64,000 nt of DNA from an uncultured Planctomycetales bacterium (lineage in GTDB: Bacteria > Omnitrophota > Gorgyraeia > Zapsychrales > JANLHA01): assembly GCA_964595465.1 (NCBI GenBank), contig CAZQQI010000008.1, positions 16,561-80,560 on the forward strand, written 5' to 3'. The notes under the pieces were generated by a model. That model did no database searches, was not told the DNA's origin, and worked only from the letters and a program-made list of their open reading frames with translations. Each line of letters begins with the position of its first letter. The first letter of the stretch is position 1. Below are positions 49,352-59,996 of the stretch, in pieces. The position numbers and the translations under genes were made by a program.

Positions 49352-50890
49352 ATGAGGAGTCACCTTATGCTTGCCAAGGTCAACAGCTACGGCCTGTGCG
49401 GGATCGAAGCCTATCCGATCACCATTGAAGTCGACATCAGCGGCGGTCTGCCGGGAATGACGGTCGTCGGACTGCCTGACAGCGCGGTCCGGGAAAGCCG
49501 GGACCGGGTGCGATCCGCCATCAAAAACAGCGGATTTGAGTTCAAACCGCGCAGAGTGACCGTCAATCTCTCGCCGGCCGACACCCGCAAAGAAGGCCCC
49601 GCCTTTGACCTGGCCATCGCGCTGGGCTATCTGACAGCCAGCGGACAGATCCCGGGAGATCCTCTGAAAAACGTCATTGTGCTGGGCGAACTTTCCCTGG
49701 ACGGAAATCTTCGCCCGGTTAACGGTGTTCTTCCCGTCGCCCTGAGCCTGGCCGGAAAGAAAAACAGCCGGCTGTTCGTCCCTCTGGCCAATACCGAAGA
49801 AGCTCTGATCAACCCGGATCTTGCTGTCTTTCCGCTCAAAGACCTGAACGACGCGGTCCTTCTGCTCACCCAGGATACCGGCCGAAGCCCGGTCCAAAAC
49901 ACCCCCGCGTCAGACTCAGAGCGGGGAACGACACCGGCACAGGATTTCTGCGAGGTCAAAGGACAATCCGCGGTCAAACGCGGACTGGAAGTCGCGGCCG
50001 CCGGCGCGCATAACTGCATTATGGTCGGCCCGCCGGGCAGCGGAAAAACCATGCTGGCCCGCCGCGTCCCCTCGATCCTGCCGGACCTCACCCATGCCGA
50101 ATCACTGGAGACCACCAAGATCCACTCGATCATGGGCCTGATCCCCCCGGGACGCGGCCTTCTGCAGACCAGACCCTTCCGCAGTCCGCATCACACCTGT
50201 TCAGATATTGCCCTGATCGGCGGAGGGTCCAACCCCAAACCCGGCGAAGCGACACTGGCCCATAACGGCATCCTCTTTCTCGACGAACTGCCCGAATTCA
50301 ACCGCGCAGCGCTCGAAGCTCTGCGCCAGCCCCTGGAAGACCGCCGGGTCACTGTTTCCCGGGTCAAACGCTCGGCCTGCTTCCCGGCGACATTTATGCT
50401 GATCGCATCGATGAACCCCTGCATGTGCGGGTTTCTGACCGACAGCCAGCGGGAATGCCATTGTACCGACGCGCAGATCCAGCGCTACATGAAAAAGATC
50501 TCCGGTCCGCTTATGGACCGCATTGACATTCATCTGGAGGTCCCCGCCCTGAAAACCGATCATCTCTTCACCTCCCCGCCGGCAGAATCATCAGCCGACA
50601 TTAAAAAACGGACCATCGCGGCCCGGACCGTTCAGCAGCAGCGTTTTGAAGGACGGGCGATCTATGCCAACGCGCAAATGGGACCGCAGGACATAAAAAA
50701 CCACTGCATAATCAACCGGGAAAGCCGCCTGCTCTTAAAAAAAGCCATTGAAGAATTAGGACTATCCGCCCGCGCCCATGACAAGATCCTTAAAGTCGCG
50801 CGCACCATCGCCGACCTCGCCGGAAACGAAGACATCGAAACCGTTGATCTGGCCGAAGCTGTTCAGTACCGCTGTTTGGATCGAACGTAA
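49352..50890 (+). CDS. YifB/ComM family Mg-chelatase-like AAA+ ATPase
   Basis: Lon-like N-terminal domain, Walker A GPPGSGKT, ChlI-type ATPase, C-terminal domain. Confidence 0.9.
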   Translation: MRSHLMLAKVNSYGLCGIEAYPITIEVDISGGLPGMTVVGLPDSAVRESRDRVRSAIKNSGFEFKPRRVTVNLSPADTRKEGPAFDLAIALGYLTASGQIPGDPLKNVIVLGELSLDGNLRPVNGVLPVALSLAGKKNSRLFVPLANTEEALINPDLAVFPLKDLNDAVLLLTQDTGRSPVQNTPASDSERGTTPAQDFCEVKGQSAVKRGLEVAAAGAHNCIMVGPPGSGKTMLARRVPSILPDLTHAESLETTKIHSIMGLIPPGRGLLQTRPFRSPHHTCSDIALIGGGSNPKPGEATLAHNGILFLDELPEFNRAALEALRQPLEDRRVTVSRVKRSACFPATFMLIASMNPCMCGFLTDSQRECHCTDAQIQRYMKKISGPLMDRIDIHLEVPALKTDHLFTSPPAESSADIKKRTIAARTVQQQRFEGRAIYANAQMGPQDIKNHCIINRESRLLLKKAIEELGLSARAHDKILKVARTIADLAGNEDIETVDLAEAVQYRCLDRT

Positions 50891-50906
50891 ATAGAAAGGG
50901 ACGTCC

Positions 50907-51425
50907 ATGTCAAAAACAAATCGCGTTTTACCAGAAGAAATTGTCCAAAATAAAATATTCATCATCCGAAATAAAAAGGTCATGATTGATAGTGACCTAG
51001 CAATGCTGTACGGAGTAGAAACAAAAAATCTCAATAAAGCCGTCAAACGCAACATTGAACGTTTTCCTGAAGATTTCATGTTCCAACTCACGAAAAAAGA
51101 AACTCATGCTTTGAGGTTCCAAATTGGAACCTCAAAAACAGGTTCCGGCGGACGCCGTTATTTACCCTATGTCTTTACCCAAGAAGGTGTTGCAATGTTG
51201 TCGAGCGTCTTAAATAGCGATCGGGCCATCCATGTTAACATTCAAATCATGCGGGCATTTGTAAAATTGCGGGAATTGATGACCAGCCACACGGAATTAC
51301 GGAATAAAATTGAAGATATGGAGAAAAAATATGATTATCAGTTCAAAATCGTTTTCGATGCCATCAAGCGCCTGCTCGAACCGCCGGCAAAACCGGAAAA
51401 ACCAATAGGCTTTCATAGGAAATAA
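50907..51425 (+). CDS. ORF6N (KilA-N-related) domain protein
   Basis: N-terminal IFIIRNKKVMIDSDLAMLYGVETKNLNKAVKRNIERFPEDFMFQL is the ORF6N domain, a family common in phage and mobile contexts. Confidence 0.6.
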   Translation: MSKTNRVLPEEIVQNKIFIIRNKKVMIDSDLAMLYGVETKNLNKAVKRNIERFPEDFMFQLTKKETHALRFQIGTSKTGSGGRRYLPYVFTQEGVAMLSSVLNSDRAIHVNIQIMRAFVKLRELMTSHTELRNKIEDMEKKYDYQFKIVFDAIKRLLEPPAKPEKPIGFHRK

Positions 51426-51430
51426 ATTTT

Positions 51431-51457
51431 AGCGCTGCAAATGAAACGCGCAGCGCT
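51431..51457 (+). terminator. Hairpin (terminator-like) after the ORF6N gene
   Basis: AGCGCTGC / GCAGCGCT 8-bp stem with an 11-nt loop. Weak T-run. Confidence 0.35.
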
Positions 51458-51583
51458 ATTGCCTTCAATCTCAATTCATCAATTACGCCTCTGCATATTC
51501 TTTCACAAATTCAGCGCTAAAAACCCCGGCGAACAAAACCCCGCATTCCCCCTCCAAAGCAATCCCTGCGGACAAATGACCAT

Positions 51584-51621
51584 CAGTCGCTACATTGCTA
51601 CTGGTAGCAATGTAGCGACTG
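51584..51621. repeat. 38-nt perfect palindrome (18-bp arms, 3-nt spacer)
   Basis: CAGTCGCTACATTGCTAC-TGG-TAGCAATGTAGCGACTG read directly from the sequence. Sits in a ~500-nt noncoding island. Confidence 0.8.
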
Positions 51622-51937
51622 GGCTCACCCAACAGACCCCGATCCTGACAAAACACCCCCGCCGCCGACACCCTACCAGCCTCATCTCCAGCCATTAACT
51701 ACGTAATAGTTACGTAATTAACGCCAAAAAATGGTGTCGGATCTCATAAGTTGTTTTTCTCCAACACCTTACAGTTAATTCAAAAACAGCCAGGCTTTAA
51801 TCGGAAATACAGCAGAGAATCCTATCGGGGAATTCCGTCTTCGGTGCGGGTCTGATGCTCTCTGTCCCCGCTCGGCGTCTGACCCCTTCTCTGCCAATGC
51901 CCCCCTAATGGCTGACGTTTGCGCGGCATTTCTGTCA

Positions 51938-52423
51938 TTATCTGAATCTTTTATCAGAACGTTTTTTACTGATTTCTTGATCACTGGCCTGCATCCAGCC
52001 GGAAACACTGTTTTGGACGGTATCAAATTTTTCTATGTATGGTTTAATATCCAGCAGCGGCGTTCCATCAAGGACGTCAATTCCCTTTACAAAAACTTTA
52101 TGGCCTTCAACTCCTGTCAAACGAACAACAGATATTCCAATATGATTGGGACGAAGCGGCGATCGTGTCGCAAACACCCCTCTTGTCTGTTCGTCCATAA
52201 AGGGAGTGACCAGCATCTCGGTCCGCTTTGCTTTATGAAAACTGTACAAAAGGTATACGTGACTGAAACCATCAAGGTCCCGCAATCCGTCAATATATTT
52301 TTCATCCAGTATCACTTGCCCGGCGACCTCTGCCGCGCCTTTAGGTTGAATAGGCATATCTTCAATGGATTTAAAAGGCGAATAGATTGTTCCGATCGGA
52401 TTGATTTCATGCATAATTTTCAT
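51938..52423 (-). CDS. tsaA: tRNA (adenine37-N6)-methyltransferase TsaA/TrmO (YaeB family)
   Basis: MKIMHEINPIGTIYSPF...RPNHIGIS motif region. GGAGAAAAGG RBS before the ATG at 52421-52423. Confidence 0.8.
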   Translation of the reverse strand: MKIMHEINPIGTIYSPFKSIEDMPIQPKGAAEVAGQVILDEKYIDGLRDLDGFSHVYLLYSFHKAKRTEMLVTPFMDEQTRGVFATRSPLRPNHIGISVVRLTGVEGHKVFVKGIDVLDGTPLLDIKPYIEKFDTVQNSVSGWMQASDQEISKKRSDKRFR

Positions 52424-52581
52424 CCTTTTCTCCGCGAATCCTTCCCTTAAACCGCTATTACGATCAAGATCAACCTTACCAAAAGCCGCTCCGGAAGGCC
52501 AGGCGCACCGGGGCTGTACGGCAAAGACCGCCCAGCCATCCGCGGCCCGCACACCGGTCTTGAATAATGACCACCCCCTCA

Positions 52582-53352
52582 TCACCCGCGGCGGCGGCGC
52601 TTTTCCAGACAAGACGCGATCACAATTCCAAGTTCATACAGGAGCATCATCGGCAGGGAAAAGATCAAAAGGTTGATCACATCCTGAGTGGGGGTGATGA
52701 CCGCGGCAACGATCAGAATGATCAGGATAGCAAAACGCCGGTTCTTTTTTAACACCGCCGGCGTAACCAGCCCGATGTCAGCCAGCAGCCCGATAATGAT
52801 CGGGATCTCAAAGACCGCTCCGCCGGCCATCATCAGCATGCCGAAAAACGAGATATATTTATTAACCGTGATGTTGGCGGCGGCGATATTCTCGCCGAAA
52901 CCGATCAAAAACTTCAGCGCGGCGGGGAGCGCCACATAATAAGAGAACAGGAGGCCGCCGACAAAAAAGACCAGCGCCATGCTGATCCAGAGAATGACCG
53001 TCTTGTGTTTTTCCCGCTCAACGGCCGGGGACACAAAGGCCCAGAGGTGATAAAGCATGAACGGAAAACTTAAGATAAACCCGGACAAGACCGCCGTCTT
53101 GATGTAGGCGGAAAAGGCCTCTCCCGGAGAGATAAATATCAGCTGTTCGATCAGGCCCTGCGCCGGGCGGCGGGCGATACGGATCAGATCATGGCCTCTG
53201 GAAAAAGCCAGAACAACAAAGACAGCCAGCGTCGACAGGTACAGCAGAATACGCTTGCGGAGTTCGGCAAGATGACCCACAACACTCAAATGGTCGGCAT
53301 CCTCGGGGTGGGGTTCAGCCATCGGGCTGGTCATCCTTGCGGCCATCTTCAT
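52582..53352 (-). CDS. tatC: Twin-arginine translocase subunit TatC
   Basis: HLAELRKRIL start region and 6 TM segments. Confidence 0.85.
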   Translation of the reverse strand: MKMAARMTSPMAEPHPEDADHLSVVGHLAELRKRILLYLSTLAVFVVLAFSRGHDLIRIARRPAQGLIEQLIFISPGEAFSAYIKTAVLSGFILSFPFMLYHLWAFVSPAVEREKHKTVILWISMALVFFVGGLLFSYYVALPAALKFLIGFGENIAAANITVNKYISFFGMLMMAGGAVFEIPIIIGLLADIGLVTPAVLKKNRRFAILIILIVAAVITPTQDVINLLIFSLPMMLLYELGIVIASCLEKRRRRG

Positions 53353-53503
53353 CCTTATGATGAGACAGATTGTCCATCCCGCTTTTAAATTCCCTAACCG
53401 CCTTTCCCAGCGCCCGGCCGATACCGGGGAGTTTTTCAGCGCCGAACAGCAAAAGAGCGATCAGCAAAATCAACAGGATTTCGGGCATTCCTAATCCGAA
53501 CAT
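53315..53503 (-). CDS. tatA: Twin-arginine translocase subunit TatA/TatB
   Basis: MFGLGMPEILLILLIALLLFGAEKLPGIGRALGKAVREFK. GGGAGGG RBS. Confidence 0.8.
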   Translation of the reverse strand: MFGLGMPEILLILLIALLLFGAEKLPGIGRALGKAVREFKSGMDNLSHHKDEDGRKDDQPDG

Positions 53504-53552
53504 CTTCCCTCCCAGGCTCTTTCTTAACGAAGAAGCATTATTAGGGCACACC

Positions 53553-53936
53553 TCATTCTTGCGCCGGGGCTGCTTTCAGCAATTCTTCGATCTTGGCCAG
53601 CAATTCATCCACCTCAAACGGCTTGGTAAAATACGCTTCAGGCCTCACTTTATCATCGAAAATATTATCCGCGTAACCGTCACGGGCGGTCAGCATAATG
53701 ATAGGAATATTCTGATATTCAGGATTACTTTTCAGCATACTGCAGATGGTAAACCCGTTCAGGACCGGCAGGTTCAGGTCCAGTATGATCAGATCCGGAG
53801 AATCATTTTGGGCCGTATGCAGGCCGGCCTCCCCATCATGGGCCGAGAGCACATCATAGCCATGCTGTTTTAAACGATAACCCAGCAGACTAACGATGTC
53901 GTGATCATCCTCAATGATTAAGATCCGTTTTGCCAT
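53553..53936 (-). CDS. Single-domain response regulator (CheY-like receiver)
   Basis: RILIIEDD...DLIILDLNLP...LTARDG receiver motifs. No output domain. Confidence 0.8.
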   Translation of the reverse strand: MAKRILIIEDDHDIVSLLGYRLKQHGYDVLSAHDGEAGLHTAQNDSPDLIILDLNLPVLNGFTICSMLKSNPEYQNIPIIMLTARDGYADNIFDDKVRPEAYFTKPFEVDELLAKIEELLKAAPAQE

Positions 53937-53947
53937 TTTCATCACCT

Positions 53948-55372
53948 TTATTCCTGAACGCCGGGAACACGCTTTACCCCTTCATCATCAACCGATTCCA
54001 GATGCTCATCAAGCTGCTGAATAGTCACATCTCTTTCCTCGACCATCTCCTGAACCTCGGCCAGCTGTTCTTCGGTGTCCTTCAGCTGACCTTCCAAGAT
54101 CGCGTAATCCGCTTTCACCTCATCAAGAGCCTGTTCTTTTTGTGTCATTAATGCCGAGACACGCTCCAGCTCCTGTTCCAGTTCATTGATCAGAGCGACC
54201 TGCTCGGGGGTCTGATTCTCTTTAATATCCCGAAGCTGATCCCGGGTTGTAATAAGACGGGCCTTAAGGTCCGTAATCAGCTCGTCCTGGCGTTTAACAT
54301 GTTTGATCAAAAGCGTATTCCGTTCGCGGTCGTCCCGACGGCCGCTTGCCAGACGATAGGTCTCATCGCGCTTCATTCCAGCCAATGTCTTCTGCATAAG
54401 GCCGAACTGATCATCCAGGTCGCGGTACGCCTCGCGCAGACGGCGCAGACTTTGGTTCGCCGCCAAAAGACGGGCTTCCTGCAGACTGGCCTGACGTTCG
54501 GCCGCGGCCGCGCGGAATTGCGCCAGCTGAAGTTCAGCCTCTTTGCGGTCCATCTCCCGCTTAACATCCTGCATTTGCTGATACTGCTTGTCTTCCAGAT
54601 CGAATAAACGGCGGTCCAGCGCGTCCTTATCCTCCTCGAGCGCCGTAAGCTTGGAACTGTAGGCCATCTCCTGCTCACGCAGTTCCTTCTGCTGTTCGTT
54701 CAGATCCTTCTGCATCTGCGCGATCTCCTGCTCCTTCTCGTCGATCTCCCGGGTCGCTGTCAATGTGTCTTTACGGGTCTGATAAAATCCGCTTTTAATA
54801 TCCACCAGTTCCTGCCGGGCAGCCTGATGTTTGCGGCTCAATTCTTCGACAATAGACTGCTGTTCTTCCAGGTTCGCCAGAGCCTCTCTCTGCCATCCCG
54901 CCATCTCCTCGATCTCGCTGTTTTTCTGATCAATAATGCTCTGCGCGATCTCTTTCTGTTTCTGCAAGGTTCCCGTATAGACATCCTGCTGTTTATTCAC
55001 AACATCCTTCAGCGAAAGATTGCTCTGATACAGGTCTGTGACCGCATCCTGATAATTCTGCACGTCGCGGCTCAGGACCGTGATCCGTCCCAAAGGTCCT
55101 CCCGGTTTGCCGTAAACTCCGCCGTCCACCCCCATCTTCTTTAAATATTTGAGCGCTTCGGCATTATCCTCATCCATTAAGAGAGCCTTGCTGAGCTCAT
55201 GGATCGCCGCATCATACTCTCCGGCCTCATAATGCTCCCGCCCGACCCTGATCAGCTCATTCTGCACCAGACTGCGCTCTGCCCGGGCCGGAAAAGGCGC
55301 TGATATCTGCCAAAGACCCGTAAATAATAAAGAAAAAACCAGAACCAACACCACTTTTTTTATGTCCATCAA
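53948..55372 (-). CDS. Secreted protein with TPR-like N-terminus and a long coiled coil
   Basis: Signal peptide, an EHYEAGEYDAAIHELSKALLMD TPR-like unit, then ~350 aa of E/Q/K-rich coiled coil. Confidence 0.55.
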   Translation of the reverse strand: MMDIKKVVLVLVFSLLFTGLWQISAPFPARAERSLVQNELIRVGREHYEAGEYDAAIHELSKALLMDEDNAEALKYLKKMGVDGGVYGKPGGPLGRITVLSRDVQNYQDAVTDLYQSNLSLKDVVNKQQDVYTGTLQKQKEIAQSIIDQKNSEIEEMAGWQREALANLEEQQSIVEELSRKHQAARQELVDIKSGFYQTRKDTLTATREIDEKEQEIAQMQKDLNEQQKELREQEMAYSSKLTALEEDKDALDRRLFDLEDKQYQQMQDVKREMDRKEAELQLAQFRAAAAERQASLQEARLLAANQSLRRLREAYRDLDDQFGLMQKTLAGMKRDETYRLASGRRDDRERNTLLIKHVKRQDELITDLKARLITTRDQLRDIKENQTPEQVALINELEQELERVSALMTQKEQALDEVKADYAILEGQLKDTEEQLAEVQEMVEERDVTIQQLDEHLESVDDEGVKRVPGVQE

Positions 55373-55563
55373 AAATCCTTGCGAGGTAAGTTTATATGTG
55401 TAAATGGATTATATCACTGCGCGGCTCGGCGTGTCAATAAACCCCCCTGCTTTCTCCCGGCGTGCTCTCGGTCTATTTAAAAATATAATAAAATATGGTA
55501 ATATGGGGCATCCCGGAGAAGCGGACAAATCATAAAAAATATATTATCACAAAATCGATATCC

Positions 55564-58137
55564 ATGCCCACAACAGCCCCAACCCCCATGCTCAGACAGT
55601 ACCGGCAGATCAAGGACCGGCACCGCGACTGCATCCTCTTCTTCCGTTTGGGAGATTTCTATGAAATGTTCTATGATGACGCGGCCGTGGCCAGCAAGAT
55701 CCTGGACCTGGTCCTGACCTCCCGCGGAAAGGGTACGGCCAATCAGGTCCCCATGTGCGGCATTCCCTATCATTCCGCAGATAATTATATTGCCAAACTC
55801 ATTAAAGCCGGACAGAAAGTCGCGATCTGCGAACAGGTTGAAGACCCTGCCGCGGCCAAAGGCATCGTCAAACGCGATGTGATCCGCACGATCACCTCGG
55901 GCACCTTCCTGGACGACCATTCCTCGGATGCCCGCTATATCCTCTGCCTGTCTCCGGGCCCCAAAGAAACCGGCCTGGCCTTTATCGATCCGGCAGCCGG
56001 AACAATACAGACCAACGTCTATCATTCCCTCAGCCGCTGTGCCGAAATCCTCGCGCGTCTGCCGGTATGCGAATGCGTCTATCCTTTAAAAGACGAAGAA
56101 GCCGTCAACAAGCTGCGCAACCACCCTCTTCTACGCACCCGCACGATCACCTTCAGTCCGCATGAAGACTGGTGCTTCAGCCGGGATATCGCGCATAAAG
56201 CCTTGTGCGAACACTTTAACCTGCCCAATCTGCGGGGCTTCGGTATTGAAGATCTCGACACAGCCGTCTCCAGCGCCGGGGCCCTGCTGGAATATCTCAA
56301 ACAGATGAACCGCCAGCCCCTGCGCCACATTGACCGGGTCCGTCTGTATTCCGATAACTCCTACGCTTACATCTCACCGGCGGCGGTCTACGGGCTGGAG
56401 CTTAACACCTTATTCCGGACGATCAATCTGACCCGCTCGCCGCTGGGCAAACGCAAACTGCACTACTGGCTGTTTCATCCGCTGAAAGATCCGGGGAAAA
56501 TTCAACAACGCCAGGATGCCGTGACTTTGCTGAAAAACCAGCCCGCCTGCCGGGACCGGCTCAAAGATCTTCTGGGCTCCATGCCGGACGCGGAAAAAAA
56601 TATCTCCAAACTTTCCTGCGGCTATGTCCATGCCAGAGACATCCTGTCCGTACGCAACGCCCTGTGCCTGCTTCCGTCTTTGAGAGAGACCCTGGCTGAC
56701 GCAGCCAAAACACATGTTCTTTTTCAGGTCCCGGACCTTCCGGACCTGCGCACATCTCTGGAACGCGCGGTCAACCCGGATATGCCGTTAAGCAAATACG
56801 AAGGCAAGGTCATCCGGCGGGGATATCATGATGAGCTCGATCAGCTGAGAGATATTCAGGAAAACGGCCGGCAATGGCTGAAAAGTTTTCAGGAACGGGA
56901 GGCCCAGCGCACCGGGATCCATTCGCTCAAGGTCGGATTCAACAAAGTCTTCGGGTATTACATTGAAGTGACCAGGGCCAACCTCGCCTCGGTTCCCGAC
57001 GACTATATCCGCAAACAGACCCTGGTCAACGCCGAACGCTTCATCACCCAGGAACTCAAAGATTATGAAGACAGGATCCTCACGGCTCAGGACAAGATCC
57101 TCAAGATCGAAGATGATCTGATCCGTGATCTGCAGAACCAGATCCTGTCGTTTTCAGCGGATCTGCACAAAGTCTGCAACGCTGTCGCCCGCGTCGACGC
57201 TCTCTACTCACTGGCCGCACTGGCTCTGCGCCCGGGCTATACCGCCCCGCAATTGAACACAGATATGGCCATTGACATCCGCGAAGGACGCCACCCGGTT
57301 GTCGAAGCGGCACTGGACCACGCCTTTGTCCCCAACGATACCTATCTTGACCACAGCAGCGATCATCTGCTGATATTGACCGGGCCGAATATGGCCGGAA
57401 AATCAACCTATATCCGCCAGATCGCTCTCCTGATCATTCTGGCACAAATGGGAAGCTATATCCCGGCCGCAAGCGCCGTCATCGGAACAGTTGATAAGAT
57501 CTTTACCCGTATCGGAGCTCATGACGATATCACCAAAGGGCAGAGCACCTTTATGGTGGAAATGAACGAAATGGCCGATATTCTGAACAATCTCTCCGAG
57601 CGCAGTCTGGTGATCCTGGACGAGATCGGCCGCGGCACCAGCACCTATGACGGGCTCAGCCTGGCCTGGGCCATTGCCGAATATCTCCAGCGCACAAAAA
57701 CCCGCGCCTTGTTCGCCACGCATTTTCATGAACTGACCGCCCTGGCCGACGATTTCCCCGGCGTAAAAAATTACAATGTCGCGGTCAAAGAATGGGAAGA
57801 CGAAGTGATCTTTCTGCACAAGATCATTCCGGGAAGTACTGACGACAGCTACGGGATCTATGTCGCGAAACTGGCCGGGGTCCCTCATGACGTGATCGGC
57901 CGGGCGCGCACCATCCTCGGCCGGCTTGAACTGAAACAGGATATGAAGACGACACTGGCCTCATCACAGGAACTGACCGAACAGCAGATCGAATTCTTTC
58001 AGTCAGCCGCGGACCCGGTCCTGGAAGAACTCCGTCGGGAGATCCGGGAACTCGACCTGAACAGCATGACCCCGATCGAGGCCCTGGCCGCGCTGGACAA
58101 ATTAAAGCGGACGGCGAACCAAAGGCCGAAAACATGA
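55564..58137 (+). CDS. mutS: DNA mismatch repair protein MutS
   Basis: MLRQYRQIK start region, Walker A GPNMAGKST, full MutS domain series. Confidence 0.95.
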   Translation: MPTTAPTPMLRQYRQIKDRHRDCILFFRLGDFYEMFYDDAAVASKILDLVLTSRGKGTANQVPMCGIPYHSADNYIAKLIKAGQKVAICEQVEDPAAAKGIVKRDVIRTITSGTFLDDHSSDARYILCLSPGPKETGLAFIDPAAGTIQTNVYHSLSRCAEILARLPVCECVYPLKDEEAVNKLRNHPLLRTRTITFSPHEDWCFSRDIAHKALCEHFNLPNLRGFGIEDLDTAVSSAGALLEYLKQMNRQPLRHIDRVRLYSDNSYAYISPAAVYGLELNTLFRTINLTRSPLGKRKLHYWLFHPLKDPGKIQQRQDAVTLLKNQPACRDRLKDLLGSMPDAEKNISKLSCGYVHARDILSVRNALCLLPSLRETLADAAKTHVLFQVPDLPDLRTSLERAVNPDMPLSKYEGKVIRRGYHDELDQLRDIQENGRQWLKSFQEREAQRTGIHSLKVGFNKVFGYYIEVTRANLASVPDDYIRKQTLVNAERFITQELKDYEDRILTAQDKILKIEDDLIRDLQNQILSFSADLHKVCNAVARVDALYSLAALALRPGYTAPQLNTDMAIDIREGRHPVVEAALDHAFVPNDTYLDHSSDHLLILTGPNMAGKSTYIRQIALLIILAQMGSYIPAASAVIGTVDKIFTRIGAHDDITKGQSTFMVEMNEMADILNNLSERSLVILDEIGRGTSTYDGLSLAWAIAEYLQRTKTRALFATHFHELTALADDFPGVKNYNVAVKEWEDEVIFLHKIIPGSTDDSYGIYVAKLAGVPHDVIGRARTILGRLELKQDMKTTLASSQELTEQQIEFFQSAADPVLEELRREIRELDLNSMTPIEALAALDKLKRTANQRPKT

Positions 58138-59960
58138 AACACGTCCATATTTTACCTCCGGAAATTATCAGCAAGATCGCTGCCGGCGAGGTCATTGACC
58201 GTCCGGCCTCCGTGATCAAAGAACTCCTGGAAAACTCCCTGGACGCCGGTGCCGGCCGTATTGAGATCGAACTGACCCAGGCCGGAAAGGCTGAAATAAC
58301 GATCCGCGATAACGGCTCAGGGATCCCGCAGGAAGACATGAAAACCATTTTTCACCGGCACGCCACCAGCAAGATCACAAAAGCGGATGACCTTTTCGAC
58401 ATCCATTCCCTCGGGTTCCGCGGGGAGGCGCTCTACAGTATCTGCTCGGTGGCGGATATCGTTCTGCGCAGCAAGACGGCCGGCCAGGACAACGCCTGGG
58501 AGATCCATGTCCGCGGCGGAGACCGCCTGGCCCTCAAACCGGTTCCCGCCAATAACGGCACCGAGATCACGGTCAAAGAACTCTTTTTTAATACCCCCGC
58601 CCGGCGGAAATTTCTGAAAACGAACACCAGCGAAATGAACCGGATCCTGAACACGGTTATCCCGTATTGCCTGCTCTATCCTCAAAAATCCTTTACACTG
58701 ACCCATGGGGAAAAATCCGTGCTGGATCTTCCTCCCGCGGAATCCACAAAACACCGTGCCGCCGCGGTTCTCAATCTGGATCCGAACTGTATGATCAAAG
58801 CTCAAAAGACCCTGCCGGACAAAGGTGTTTCAATACGCGCGGTCCTGGGCGACATTAACATCTCCCGTTCCCGCCGGGACATGCAGTACCTCTTTATTAA
58901 CGGCCGGCCCGTACAGAATAAAAACATCAGCTTTCATATGAACGATGTCTACCGTCTCATCCTGCCGCCGCGTCATTTTCCGTTTTTCTGCCTTTTTATT
59001 GATATGCCCGCCGGCGATCTGGACGTTAATATCCACCCGACCAAACGCGAGGTCAAGATCCGTGACGAACAGACATTGGCCAAACATCTGCGCCGCCTGT
59101 GCGAAGACGCCCTGATGCAGGCCAGCCGTCCCAAGCAGGCAGCATATGAGCCGGCGCAGGAACCCGCGGGAGAACGTCCGTCGGTACGCGAGTGGATCGA
59201 CAAGGCCCTGAAAGACCAGGGGCGCGCCCATGAACAAATCGAAAAAAGTTTCGATGATCTCCCTGTCCCCGGAACGGGTCAGACCCCTTCGGGGGACAGA
59301 GCGCCGCACCAGCGGCCGACCGAGGCGCATACCATCCCGGAATACAGCGCGCCGGAGGAATTTTCCCAGCACCTCTTCAGCCAAAAACAGGACTCCCTGC
59401 GCGAACAGCTCAACGCGGCCCGCTTCAGCGGAATATTCCGCAGCACCTATCTCTTTTTTGAATCCGGCAAGACATTGCTGATCATTGACCAGCATGCGGC
59501 CCAGGAACGGATCATGTTTGAACAGCTCATCGCTCAGATGCGGAGAGGAAAGCTCGAGGTCCAGCGCCTGCTCAGCCCGTATCTGGTCAGCGCGACCGTG
59601 CAGGAAATGACAGTCTGGCAGGAGGCTCAGGAACGATTTTCAGAATTGGGGTTTGAAAGCAGTGCCTTTGATGAAACCACGATCGCGGTGCATACCCATC
59701 CCGCGCTGGTGCAGGAACCGGAGACCGCCTTCCGCGAACTTCTGGCTGAGGGGGATATCGCCCGCTGTGACCATGAGACCCTGGCCCGGCGGGCCTGCCG
59801 TGCCTCGGTGATGGCCGGCGACCGGCTGAACGCTGAGCAGGCGGACTATCAGCGCGAACAGCTTCTGCAGTGCAAAGACCCCTTCACCTGCCCCCACGGC
59901 CGCCCGACCGTGATCGAAATGACAGAAGATTTTCTCCGGAAGCAATTCCTGCGGACTTAA
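58134..59960 (+). CDS. mutL: DNA mismatch repair protein MutL
   Basis: GHKL ATPase N-terminus (IAAGEVIDRPASVIKELLENSLDAGA) and C-terminal dimerisation domain. Confidence 0.95.
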   Translation: MKHVHILPPEIISKIAAGEVIDRPASVIKELLENSLDAGAGRIEIELTQAGKAEITIRDNGSGIPQEDMKTIFHRHATSKITKADDLFDIHSLGFRGEALYSICSVADIVLRSKTAGQDNAWEIHVRGGDRLALKPVPANNGTEITVKELFFNTPARRKFLKTNTSEMNRILNTVIPYCLLYPQKSFTLTHGEKSVLDLPPAESTKHRAAAVLNLDPNCMIKAQKTLPDKGVSIRAVLGDINISRSRRDMQYLFINGRPVQNKNISFHMNDVYRLILPPRHFPFFCLFIDMPAGDLDVNIHPTKREVKIRDEQTLAKHLRRLCEDALMQASRPKQAAYEPAQEPAGERPSVREWIDKALKDQGRAHEQIEKSFDDLPVPGTGQTPSGDRAPHQRPTEAHTIPEYSAPEEFSQHLFSQKQDSLREQLNAARFSGIFRSTYLFFESGKTLLIIDQHAAQERIMFEQLIAQMRRGKLEVQRLLSPYLVSATVQEMTVWQEAQERFSELGFESSAFDETTIAVHTHPALVQEPETAFRELLAEGDIARCDHETLARRACRASVMAGDRLNAEQADYQREQLLQCKDPFTCPHGRPTVIEMTEDFLRKQFLRT

Positions 59961-59996
59961 CAATCATTCAAACTCATAGCTGTCTAAATTAGGATT

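Noticed and set aside
51441-51698. 85-aa ORF in the noncoding island after the ORF6N gene (and the antisense 51483-51695 ORF)
   Set aside because: No RBS. The sequence is dominated by the long palindrome, which forces mirrored amino-acid strings on both strands, and it has no domain similarity.
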